This document shows, piece by piece, positions 42,779 through 55,201 of a DNA stretch of 64,000 nucleotides. Each line of letters starts with the position of its first letter. Within the stretch, counting starts at the first letter, position 1. Source of the stretch: Trichoplax adhaerens (taxonomy: Eukaryota > Animalia > Placozoa); NCBI RefSeq assembly GCF_000150275.1, contig NW_002060944.1:6795102-6859101 (forward strand), read 5' to 3'. Below the pieces are notes generated by a model. The model saw only the letters and a list, made by a program, of their open reading frames with translations, did not search any database and was not told where the DNA came from. Both the position numbers and the translations under genes were made by a program.

Positions 42779-42891
42779 CTACTATTCTAGTGGTCTCTGA
42801 TGCTATACGGAATACTATTCTAGTGGTCTCTGTTGCTATACGGAATACTATTCTAATGGTCTTTGCTGCTATACGGAATACTATTCTAGTG
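42779..42891. repeat. 33-bp minisatellite, ~3.4 copies, in the ENDOV/TMEM130 divergent promoter
   Basis: CGGAATACTATTCTA at 42808, 42841 and 42874. Confidence 0.9.
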
Positions 42892-44839
42892 TGACAATCC
42901 ACTCTTTCTTTGTAAGGTCAAGTCTTCGAGTTGCGTCATAACAACATTAAACGACGTACAGTACAGTACAGTATCGCCGCCAACTTACAGTACTGTACTG
43001 TGTTATTATTTAAGTATACTATACCGTAGCATTGATACGGTAAGACTTGTACTGTACTGTACGTTCTGCATTTGGAAGTGACTGCTACGCAAGTCAGTGC
43101 AGTACGCACGTACCGTCGACAGTGACCGAAAGAGAGCTGTCAATCGTTGGAGAAGGTGACACGTACATCACAGTTCGTTCTTAGTGCAAGGCGACACCAC
43201 CGACATTCTTTCTTTCTTTCTATTCTTGGCTACTTCTAGAGAGCAGTTTTCGCTTACTCAACTTTCTTGGATGGATTCCGCTTAAATCTTGGTTAAGATT
43301 CTTGTTCCATTGGTTTGGAAAGAAAAGAAAAAACGGTAAGTTTGTTATTGTAGCTGTCCATGGAATGACAAGGATTAATGTGTTGAAATGGACTAAATTG
43401 TGTCGACGAGAAGTTGGAGCGGCAAAGACGAGTTACTTCCACTCTTGATTGACAGTCAAAGTTGATCAAGAAAAAAATGGAATGTCTTAATACAGCTAAT
43501 CAATCCTACCAGTGATTGTTACCTTTTAGTAGAATACTGTACATTCATTTTGGTTATTGCAGTTCGGTATACTGTATGGATCATTTTTATATTGAACGAC
43601 TGTCGATTAACCGCAAAACTGTTTTCAACCTGTACCCAAAGACAGGGATATCCACTTTGATTGGTTATTACAGTCGAGTCGAAAGGTCATAGACCTGATC
43701 GACCGAACAGCCCATACTAGCTTAATCAATTGAATAACGAGACTACGATTAGCCATTGAACCAAGGCTTACTATGATAAAGTGCATTTCGACTCTACTGT
43801 ATGTCCATGGAGAAGTCTACTTGGACAGGATAGATTAACGTACATCACCAGAATCATCCACTTTTTGGACTTGCCATCACGGCAGATGAAATAAATCCAA
43901 CGATGCTATTGATTCATGGATTAATTAGCAGTTGAACGTGATCGATTTGGTAATGACTGCCCCCCATTCAATACAAACATAGGACTACTTCTTTTCATGT
44001 CCTAGAAAGATTAGTTGGATAGGATCGTTGAAATCGCTATGGAGAATCACCTTGATAAGGAGAGACTAGAGATTAAATAAATAAATACAGTAGAGCCATG
44101 GCTATCTTCACCATGTATGTCATCATTTCTGCACTTTTATCAATGGATTAGTAGAGAATTACTATCGACTTCGCTCTGATTGTCACAATTAGATTAAAGT
44201 ATGAACTCGTCCTACTGTTTTTGGGGAATATGTAAAAGATGAGCTGTAGTAGTCCTCCATTGAACATAGTTTAGTACGAGTACGCGTATTCTCGACGCAT
44301 AGGCTCAATCCTTTCACCGGTACCGTCAAGCTAAAGAGTAGATGAAAGGGGTCGAGCGATTCTAATTTTGACGTTAATCAATCAATCAATGAGCAATTGA
44401 GCACTCTCTATTTGCTACACTACTGATCAGATTCAAGTCTTTGCCACTTCTTTCTGTGCTATGTTAAAAAGATTCATTGAACATGATCTTCCAAATTTGT
44501 TCTTGTATAATTAGTTGAAGGATAATGCTATATTAAGACATAACTAGGGGTTAATGAAGCGTGCGATGGTCTAGTTTCAACTGAAATTATTTCAATTTTG
44601 TTTTCTTTAATTCAAAGATAGTGGTTGCAATACACATTTGCAGGACTATGGTAATAGTTAAATGAATTTCTGAAGCAATTACCATAAATATAGGCGACAT
44701 CTTCAAGTATGGACTAAATTTCAACTATTTTGCAACAACACTTGTACTACCAGTGATCAATCAATGTAATCGTCAACCTTGTACGTACATAATAAGCAAC
44801 ATCGTCATCATCCTTGAAAAGTAGCACTTTAAATTCAAA

Positions 44840-47800
44840 ATGAAAATCCTAATATTAAAGATATGTTTATGGTCGTTATTATGCTGTCAATCACTAGCAG
44901 ATCTTCCAGGTATGATAAATCAATTTTAAAAATTCACATTGAATCTTGAACTTATATGTACATTGTACAGTACGGTGCAACTTGAAACGGTTCAGGCTTA
45001 TTTTCTATGATATTAAAATTGACTGTAAATGCTGCTAATACCAATACCTAATACCCTTCTTGATCTTAACACCATCATTATTCTTATAGATTTACCAAAC
45101 GCTAGTAAATTAATTATAAGTTTAGAACGTAGTAATTCGCAATAAAGTCACGTTCAGTCGTGCACGTATACTCTTTCTGTACTGAAATCGTTAGTACTAC
45201 GTGCAATTTTTTTATATATTTTTAGCATCAACTTGCTAAAGACATCTTCTGTGCAATACAGTAGATAAAGAGATAGTATGCAAAGCTTACATTGTCTATC
45301 TGCTATCATTATATAAATACTCTTCTATCAATTTTTAGCTTTATATCTGTGACATTTTTCTAATACATTATCGGCACATTTATTAAATTGTTACACCCCG
45401 TAGTCTTTAGAATGTATAACGTACTATATACGGTATATTGCACGTTGACAGTAGTTATAGCAATATAAAGAAAGCACCTATGGGTTGCGCATAGCATGAT
45501 AGTAAAATAATAAATAAATCGCAAAAATCATTTATTATTTCTACAACTACAAAAGTAAATCATACTACTATTTCTGTAAGCATAGCTTGATGTGATATAA
45601 CAAATACGAAATAAAATAAATACGTACAAACGATCAATTTAAATAAGTGATCGACCTCTACTCAAAATCATGACAATGATCTAGTCATAAATTGATACAG
45701 TACTAAATCTAGGCTAAAACGTATCGATAATAATGTAGTTGCTACCATGAAGGCGGACAGAATTAATAATTTTTATCACTTATTTTGTGAACAAACTTTA
45801 CAAACAATATATAAGGCATATACTATTGCATATTGCAGTAACATCTCAAAGATGTACAGGGATAGATAAATCGATGGATAAGAGAGAATTTTTCGCAAGG
45901 ATGACACTTTTTCTCTTATTTAACAATTTATATTCTTTTAGGATGGGAAAACGTGCGTATTAACATGAATAATATTGGTCCAACAGTTTATGGGGCGAAT
46001 TCGATAACTCATGCTATTGTAACCAACATTCCCCATGATTATCATGACTTTTACTACATCTGGCATGTGAATGAAGATATCTTCAGTTTTCAAGTATATC
46101 ATGCCTATAATGAAACTAAATATATTTACCAGTGGGATAGTGATGATATCGGCATGAATACGGTTCATGTCTGTCTATTTAAAGGTCCATTTACAATGAT
46201 AAAATGTAACTCAACCAAGGTCCTGGTCAATTGTAAGTCAACAAATTCTAGTTTACTGTATCCTTAATGAAAATTTTGTTCTTCAATCTAAATCTAGTAA
46301 AATCTCTGTAATATTACACTATTAAGTGAATAACTATTTGGGTTGAAGTGACTTTATTTACATCAGTTTATATGGTGCATTGTGGTGCTAGATGTTTGCG
46401 TCAGTGGCTACTACTTGGCTCGTTCAGCTAGATATTAGCTATTTACTGGAATTATAAAAATACGTCTTAGTAATTGTGTAGTGATAATTGCTAACCATGC
46501 ATAGTAATAATTTTTACTACTGACATAATAAACATACGTGTATAGCAACTCACGATTATCGTTGCAATGAGATGAATTCAACAATTGATATAGTGCTAGT
46601 TTAGATATTCGGTTATATGTTTACTTACTTTTCTATATGAAGATATTGGACTACGTTTAATTCTAAATGAATAGGTAATAAAATAAAATCCTGCGAAATC
46701 TATATAATGATAATGATAATTATAATTATCACTATATACATATCGCAAGATTTTAAATCGTTAGCCTTTACACTGTGAATACTATGCTATTTGCTATAGT
46801 TAAACAATCTATAATAGTTGTCGTACATTATTATAGTGATTATAATACTTAGTTATTACAATTTTATCACTAAAACCGTTGGTAATGTTTCATGTAGCTC
46901 ATCTACAAGTTAACTTTAAAGTTCAGCGAACGTCTGGCTCATGGCTTCAAACGGATATCTTTCCACTTGGAACGGTCAATATTAGTTGCAGCTTAATTGA
47001 TCCCAGTGCCTTCTTCGAGAATTCGACTATTACTTATAATTGGACTACAGGAGATGGTCGCGGATATACCAATGCATCGTTGAATGCTTCTTACTGGACA
47101 ACTCAGCATAAATATATCACTACCGGGCTTCATGTCCTTAAAGTCAATGTGTCAACGACCGGCCCAAATTCTGCTAAATATTATGGCATTGCAACTGAGA
47201 ACATTACAATTTACGGTAACTGATTCAATGTTGAAATTTAATTTTAATTTAAACCAGTCATTTTATAACAACTTTGAAATTATTACACAACGTAGAACCC
47301 ATCACAGGAATGAAAGTGGAGCCAGATAAAGCGATAGCTGATCGTCGTATTAATTTGACTGCTAGTTGCAATGGAACGTAAGAACAATAAATTTATTTAA
47401 CATTCTCGTTATATTTATATTTCTGAAGCGCAATAAATGATTAATTAAAACCTTACAGTATTGCTAAAAGTAAAATTCTTATAAAAATTTTCAATATTTT
47501 TGAATACTCATTTCAACTCTTTAATTTTTGTTCGACTAAAATTTACTATGGCTAGTGGGCCTGTATACTTTGAATGGTTTATTATCCGTGGAGATGAATG
47601 TCGATTTAATGACCCAAACGTCACTAGAATTACTACTTTGAGTCAAGATCAGTGTTTTTCAGTATTAGAATATACCTTTAACTCTTCAGGTGTTTATTGT
47701 GTTAATGTTACGGCTGTAAATTTTGGAGGTAGTTACCTTAAGAAATCTATACTTCACATAAGCGGTAAGAGTTTCAATCTTTGGAGCCTACTATTTAATT

Positions 47801-48176
47801 CTCTTTAAGATGATATGATTGAGTTTATGTATTGCTTGTTATATCTCTAATTAAACAATTATCTATAATAGGAACGGTATCGCCTGCAATTACGGCAACA
47901 ATCGCGGCTGCGATAATACTTATATTTATTTCTCTGTTACTACTTTACATCATGTACGCTCAAACTACCACTCGCAAACGACGAGTAGAAGTTGCTAGTT
48001 TTGATTATCTACTTCCACCACCGCAAGATGAAAGAAGTACGTTTAAGAAATTGACTGATTGGTTTAAAAGTCGTGATCAAAATGATAATAATCGCCTGCC
48101 GTTACTTATCGATACGGGTGATAATTACGGTAGCATCACTCCCAACAGATTAGATAATAATGTTTATGAGCTTTAA
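44840..48176 (+). CDS. TMEM130: TMEM130-like type I membrane glycoprotein with PKD/Ig-like folds (PMEL/GPNMB/TMEM130 group), ~424 aa, 6 coding exons
   Basis: Exons 44840-44909 (signal peptide MKILILKICLWSLLCCQSLA), 45942-46232, 46898-47215 (ITYNWTTGDG..HKYITTGLHVLKVNV, PKD signature), 47296-47377, 47556-47764, 47872-48176 (TM helix, then RRVEVASFDY resembling TMEM130 VEVADFDF, and a dileucine RLPLL). Many N-x-S/T sites. A probable non-coding first exon ends near 43335 (g|gtaagt). Confidence 0.8.
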
Positions 48177-49458
48177 AAGAACAAGTCATAATCCTTATTA
48201 TAAAGTATCTGTCAGATTATTTTTGTTTATTGAGATCAGTTTAAGATCGAAAAAGAGAAAGTATTGCGATCTCGATCGTAGTTTAAAATTATGATAGAAT
48301 TATTTCACCTACTTGCATAGCGCTTAGGTATTAATAATATTATTTTCTATATAAAATTCAACCTAAACGAACTTGGAATAGTACTTTAAGTCAACATCGC
48401 GAAGTAATTTCAATTTAGAAGACATGTATTGTTTGACTTAACATATAATTATATCAAACTTCTTTCGGTATCTTGCTCTAAAAGAACGACTGTATTATGT
48501 AAATTTTGAAATCTACAGCAGTACGAGTATTGCACTACTAAGGCACTTATTTAATGTTGTATAAGATATTAATTAAGATTAGAGGAATATTTTGAAAACT
48601 AAATACAGTGTCTGTAAATTGTAAGATAATTTTAGGTATTGCAATTCGCGATACTAATTATTATTACTAGTTTACATAGAAATTACATTTTTATTGGATG
48701 GTTTATTTGATGTTAACTTCTGTACAGGCACTTGGTACGATAACTAATGTGTAAAGTATGAAATAAAAAAATCATTTATTTAGTTTGTACTGTGTCCATT
48801 CTCATTGTAAATATGCGTAAATTTTGCTGTGGGGTTTTAAAAAAGGGTATTTTAATCACTGCAATCGAATAACGTTCCTTTATGTTAAGCCATTATCAGA
48901 TCATAACGATGATGCTATTACTCATGTTTGGTATAAGCTACAACAAACATGCTTAAAGTATGGTTTGTATGATATCATCTGCAAGTTGTCCGCTTATTTG
49001 CAAATGTTATCATAATGACTGCAATTTCGCTTAGAATCAAATAACAGCATCTACGAATCCAGATATGATTTATCGGACTGATCTGTAATCACTATAAAAA
49101 TTTGTTATGTACTAATAGAAATTTTAAGACTACAGATATGTATGCTATAGTCTAAGTCCTTACGGTTAACAATAGCAATTTTATTAAATATTACGTGGTG
49201 ATGTCATATTAGATTAGATCATTGTCGTAAATTACTACAGTAACTTTATCTTCGTCTTAGATATATAAAGAAATTTTCCATATTAAAAGCAATGCGAAAG
49301 ATCAATGCTGTTCTGAACATTAACATATAGTAAAAGAAATTTAGTAAAAAGCATAGTTATCATAGGATTTGTTGAAATTGACTCCCAATTTGATAATCGC
49401 ATGAGTGATAACTATGTCAACTGTACATACAATAATGCTCTAACTACAATGTAGATAA

Positions 49459-50209
49459 TTAAGAGCACTTCCAAACTGTGATAGCTAAGTTGCCTCCGAA
49501 AAACATGTATAATAAATTCTTGACTTCATGAGTAATTTCAAATCCATAACCTTCTCCAACAAGTGCATGCCAAGACGAACCAAATTTACGATCCATATTC
49601 TCCTTGATCATTCTTGCTGCACTCTATAGAATTTCATATTGAGACTTAATATTAACAATATTTTACCTTGCATACAGATTATTGCCTTTATTGAAAAATT
49701 TTAACTTTCCTGCTGATATTTAATAGTATACGTATATTAAACTGTTCCTATGTGTCATCGCATGGCTAAGTAAGTTACCTCGTTATTGCTGGGATATTTT
49801 TCGACGGCTGTAACACATAGTTCCATTGCTTCATTTCTCATTTCATCCGGCATATCGGAGTGCTAGATATAATTTAATAATCAGTTTGACGTCTAAAAAG
49901 CAGTCTATGTTTCATTATAAACTTAGGATCAATACAGTAGTATATATATATACCTATATATAAATCATTTAATCACTCCAAATAATAATAAAAAAATATT
50001 TAAAATGAGGATAGGCATGTACTGTGTTATTCTAATTCTTCAAAGTAAGAAATATCCTCTTCCTATTAATCAAAACGTTGACTTGATGTAGTATACATAA
50101 AAGTACGACATACTCTAATCAAAGGATAGTTGTGTAATCGACGGAAATCATAAGCTCCATCTCCGGCACCAGTACCTCCTCCAGTGATAATTTCTCCGCC
50201 GTCTTCCAT
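49459..50209 (-). CDS. DNAL4: Dynein axonemal light chain 4, 114 aa, 3 exons
   Basis: Exons 50209-50114, 49862-49779, 49623-49459: ...FRRLHNYPLIR|HSDMPDEMRNEAMELCVTAVEKYPSNNE|SAARMIKENMDRKFGSSWHALVGEGYGFEITHEVKNLLYMFFGGNLAITVWKCS*. Confidence 0.97.
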
Positions 50210-50284
50210 CTTGATTAAGTTAACGATGTCGCTACTATTGCACTGTGTGACTTTATTGCTAGTCTGGATCTTTGCAAAACTTTG

Positions 50285-50542
50285 GTAGTCATGGAGATGT
50301 TGTAAGCGGTTTTATTGGGCCTCGTCTTTACTATATAGTGTTTATATCGTACGCAAATGAAAGCTAATATTACTGTAATTAGACCTTCCCGCTCTACTGT
50401 AGGGTAATTTTATGTCGCTATAGATACCCTAGTATCAAGCTGTACAGTATACCGTATGCTACTATAGTGTACGGTATAGGACTGTATCCGCTGAAACTGT
50501 ACTTTACCGTATACTGTACTATATAGCGATCGTCATGACAAC
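50285..50542. promoter_or_regulatory. Two RFX X-box-like sites in the DNAL4/CCDC166-like divergent promoter
   Basis: GTAGTCATGGAGAT (50285-98) and ATCGTCATGACAAC (50529-42; reverse complement GTTGTCATGACGAT) resemble the X-box GTTGCCATGGCAAC. Confidence 0.6.
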
Positions 50543-51339
50543 CTGAAGTAACACAATTTCAAAATCTTCATACTGAGCAAGGTGGGAGATTTTAAAATAA
50601 TCGCCAATATTCGATAATTAATTATAACCAATTCTATAGTATCTACGGTATAGAATCTGTCATAAATCGCATTTATAGACTAGTAAATCATCGGAAAGAC
50701 TGCTACTGGTCTACAGTGTATAGTATTTGAGTAATTATAATTAGCTATAAATACAGTCCAATGACTCAACACTATATAAGCAATAACAACGTATTTCGAA
50801 ATTTATGGCGATAGAAATTGACCATCTCTGATTATAGACACCATCAAGAACTTCTCTGATTTATTACATATATAAAATAAATCATCTAACTCCTAATTTG
50901 GTAGGTATTTATTATTTTTTAGAAATGATTATGAACTGATTTCTGTATCGAAATTTAAAGTGTTAAATAGATTTATTGGATGATCATCTTAGGTCCAGCT
51001 TGACCTAGTTCAACGTCAATCCAAGCATTGGCTGGAACACTGCATCGACGAATAATATACAATTACAGCACTTCTAAGTGGAATGAAAGATCCTTATTAT
51101 AAATTTTTAGATATTGATGTAGTATTCCTATTTACTGTATCAAGTTAAGAAATAACAACTTCAGAAATTTGGTCCTTGTGTTGCTGAAGCCATTAAAACT
51201 ATCAATAAGTATTATAACGGTAAGCGCTATGATTAATACGAGCTCGTATATTGATTTACTCGTATGCCAAACTGTGTCTTAATATTAAAATAACTAACAA
51301 CGAAACACCTTTAACTATATATCTTTAACTATATAGTTA

Positions 51340-53158
51340 ATGGCTAGCCTGGCAAGAATAAAAAAATCGAAAAAAAAGGGTGTTGATAGTAGAGCTGAAA
51401 ATAGTTCGCCTGCTACTGCTAAGGAAGTAAATGTGGTCTCCGAAAGGGAATTAAAACTTAGGACTAAGTTAGTACCTGTCTCCCAATAATATTATTTACG
51501 ATATTTAATGCCTTATTATGTCGTATATCAATATACAGTATTTACGTTGTTTGATAGTTGTGATAACATTATAAAGATCAAATTAAAATATTAATGGCAA
51601 TTATTTGTGAGCCTATCTAATTTGCGTTAACGATCTTACAACATATAACTTTTATTTTAATTAAATCCGTGTCCTGTTGTGTTTTGTTCACAGTTTAGCA
51701 AATTTAAACGAAGAATTAGAGAAAGTTAAAAACCAAGTCGCTGAAGTGTATCCTTTCTTAGACAAGTAGTAATTGTAGAATGAATACAATATGACAAAAT
51801 TTTGATATAATGTAGTTCTAATTGCTTTATAGACTTAATTACAGCATAAATACTATGTATTTTCATATCAAGCAGGATATATTTGCTCCCTCTATTACCT
51901 TCTTAAGTGTTATATATGTATTATGCCTAAACTTATCAAAGTCAGAAAGAAAATGAATGGTTACAAGAAGAAGCCAGAAGAACAAGGATTGAAAGTGTAT
52001 GTTCTTGTAATGTTAATATTTGCAAAATATTGGCTAGTTGGTAGCTATATGACTTGTGTTGTAGGATGTAAAATCTGTAGTGAATTCAGTATTGAATTTC
52101 GGTAACATTATGATATCTTCTAGCATGAGTACATGTCATACATGTCGAAGAAAACAAATAAGAGACAATCAGCTGTTGTATCGTTAAGTGACAAAAATCA
52201 AGAAGAAATTCAGAAAATTGCAGAGCAGAAACGTCAAATGATGCAAGAATATGAAGCAAAAAAAACTGGTTTGTTTATTAATGCACTTTATTGCTACAGT
52301 ATATTAGCAATATTGTGATTTAGTATTGCAGTAGATGATAATTTTATGCACTATACTTACAAAATTAACATTAACAACTACTGTTACTTTATAGAACTTC
52401 GTCAGGTTATTCTAGAGAAGGAGAGCGAACTTGCACGGATTAATAAAGATTTATCAGAGCTAGCTGAATATAAGGTCTCAAAGACTACATACGTGTATAT
52501 GTTTATGATATGTGCCTTTACTTATAAGATAGGATAGTGTGTGATGTATATTACAATATTTTCGTGTGCTGTAGACTCTACAAGGAGAGCAGCAAGCAGA
52601 AATAAAAAAATTAGAAAAGGAAGTTTCACAAATGCGAAAACATCATACAGAAAATATCCAAATTCTAAAGTCGAAGTTTTTGAAGGAAAAGAAAGATTTT
52701 CAAAAAGAATCAGAGTCTAAAATACAACAACTTGAAAAGCAAGCTAATCAGGTTTAGAAAAGTCAAATTTTATAGGACTATGTTCACTTTTGAAATAATT
52801 TGTGACAAGACGTTCAGTAATCAGACTAAGAAATACTCCTATTAGTTATGCTTAATACGGTATGGATTAGACTAACTTTACTTATTAATCTCTCAAACAG
52901 GAAGCCATGCAATGTCTGAAGGAATTTACGGATGGGATAAAGTCTGAGAATAGAGTACTACGTAAAGAACTTTTAAACTTAATTCGGAATGTGCGGGCTT
53001 TACAGGACTGTAAAAAACAGTTAGAAAATCAGCGACAGACATTGTCTCAAGAGCGCCAGTATGCTCAAGATCTAAAAAAGTTAAGAGGTATAAGAGACAA
53101 CGCCAGTAATAATTTCTCGTTATACGATACTAAATTCTTAGATAAAGACTTGCAATAA
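51340..53158 (+). CDS. Coiled-coil protein, DUF4515 family (CCDC166/CCDC121/BBOF1-like), ~298 aa, 7 coding exons
   Basis: Exons 51340-51467, 51694-51747, 51942-51996, 52124-52268 (HEYMSYMSKKTNKRQSAVVSLSDKN), 52395-52474, 52575-52751, 52901-53158 (IKSENRVLRKELLNLI). Continuous heptad-rich frame. The family call is from remembered similarity to CCDC166-like proteins. Confidence 0.75.
51748..51941 (+). other. Putative U12-type (minor spliceosome) GT-AG intron
   Basis: 5' site GTATCCTTT; branch-like TGCCTAAAC at 51924-32; no pyrimidine tract; AAG acceptor; splicing restores the frame (AEV|QKENEW). Confidence 0.75.
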
Positions 53159-54065
53159 TTTAAGCTCGAGCATAATTTCGAAAGTACAACCTTTCAAAGA
53201 TTATTAAAGAACTCTTACATGATACCGTTGTATATAACAAAAATGCGTTACTATTTTAACCGTGAATCTATGAACAAAATAAAAAATTTTCCTTAACCTA
53301 AATTCTCGGCCTCCTATTACTCACATCATCAGGATAATAAAAAAGTATCGCTCTCCATATTTAATGTTTCGCCGGACAAGCAAACAATTCTCAACTACGA
53401 TTGCCTACTATTAATGAAACTGAAGTAGCTATGCGTACGCTGTTTCATATTGAAACTGTAGGATTTTATAACTATCTTAATCTGATTTTATAATTCATTT
53501 TAACAGTGCTAATAAATTAGAATCCATTCGCATCCTTATGCATTTGCGGCCATCGTAGACCAAGTTTTATTCTCAAGAGATTAAAAGAACTAATAGACTT
53601 AAACGCACATTTACGGATCACTTTACTTAAATATAGGTTATGGTATGATCTAAAGGTCTATGATGACAGATCAGTTACAGATTTGACACTATATTTGCGG
53701 TTTACACATACATAGTGTATCATGCATACGCTATACAGTTACAATTTATCCTTTGTAATTAGCACAATTTCATTTTCAATATTAAATAAGAATGCTTTTT
53801 AATATTATTATAGTACATTTTGGTGCCAATGTTATTCTATCCGTGAAGAGAAACAACTAAATTTACAAAGTTAATACCATATCAGACAGTAATCATTATC
53901 GATCAGAGACAGTATCAATAACCTTGTAATTATTATAAATTACATTAATTTTCTTCCATTTCAAAATCCTATTACGTTGCAAAAGAGTAGCCAATACGAT
54001 GAAAGGAGAACCACAGTGAGACTATAGCTTATTCAATGATATTTAAACTAATTACTTTAAAATAT

Positions 54066-55201
54066 CTATTCGGTTTCTAGCTTTTCCGGCGGTGGCCCAC
54101 ATGGCTGTAACATTTTCTAAATAAAATTTCAATTCTCTAATTAGTGCTCAGTTGCATATAAAACGCACTAATAAACTCAATTACACCATTCTGATCAATT
54201 ACCTGTAGCATGACAAATCTTATACGTTCGCGAGATTCATTATCTACCAAGGCGAAATATGATAACAGATCATGATGACCAATAAAAGAGGCATAAGTAT
54301 CTCGATGCTGGTTATTCATCCATTCGCTACAAGATGAAGAAGTAGAAATGGTCATGTAGTAAAGTTATTAATTGATTTCACTTTAAAATAAGGCATCAGT
54401 TTATAATTTAATTTTGAAATCTTAAGATACGGACAAGATTTTAAAAAATGCACAAATTATATCCTATTGCATGTTCAATCATCGGGTCATTAAACCATAG
54501 GAATTGGACTTACTATTTGGTCGTGTCTGCATGGCCTGTACCAACGTATTTGGATTGTACTATAATTGAGTATCAAATTTGAATGGATACAGTATTTGTT
54601 AATTCATATGACGATTTTATACCCATCACGGTAGGGAGTAAAAGTTACGGTTAGATAGTATTACTGTAAACCGAATCACGGCATTACGTTGTACTATTTT
54701 TTTGTAATAGAAACTTACAATGCTCAACTTGACTGTGAATATTGTATCTATCGGCCTAGGAGTAGATAAAAGAATGAGTTATTAGAATCGGACATATGGC
54801 AAAATGGATAATAAGCTGGTAGATTCGCTCAAGATATTTTCTAGTTTTACAGATGCTTTTTTTGATCAACTTGATGCGAATGGAGTAGAAAGAGAATTTC
54901 AAGATGTTTACAGTTTACAACACTAAATGTTTTGTATTACCTATTCTAAATTTATAATTGCAATTTTCTATCAGCAATTACTATCTAATCTGCATACTGC
55001 CAATTTGATATCCTTTTTATTGCAAATTGATGTAATTGCAACTTGTACATTGAAGTTGTATGTCCCTATTGAAGCTCGAATGACTACATACTGTACTACT
55101 GTTGAATTATTCTCCTATACCATACAGTGTAGGAATGATTAGCTCGTGTTATGCTACAATACATAATAAAGAATGAAACATCTATAACTTAATCTCACCA
55201 T
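54066..55201 (-). CDS. SF3B5: Splicing factor 3B subunit 5 (SF3b10), 86 aa, 5 coding exons
   Basis: ATG-only exon 55201-55199 (ATG|gtgaga), then 54755-54719, 54559-54514, 54326-54203, 54116-54066: MADRYNIHSQVEHLQSKYVGTGHADTTKYEWMNNQHRDTYASFIGHHDLLSYFALVDNESRERIRFVMLQKMLQPCGPPPEKLETE*. Confidence 0.97.

Noticed and set aside
42779-42891. 33-bp repeats resembling a CRISPR array
   Set aside because: Units are directly adjacent with no unique spacers, no cas genes are present, and the context is eukaryotic.
42117-42902. Cluster of 63-117 aa ORFs
   Set aside because: Explained by higher promoter GC and CAGTA/33-bp repeats (Y/C/T/V low complexity); no recognisable domain. The same applies to 55657-55908.
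53290-53298. Perfect U12 branch sequence TTCCTTAAC in the CCDC166-like 3'UTR
   Set aside because: No U12 donor between the stop codon and this site.
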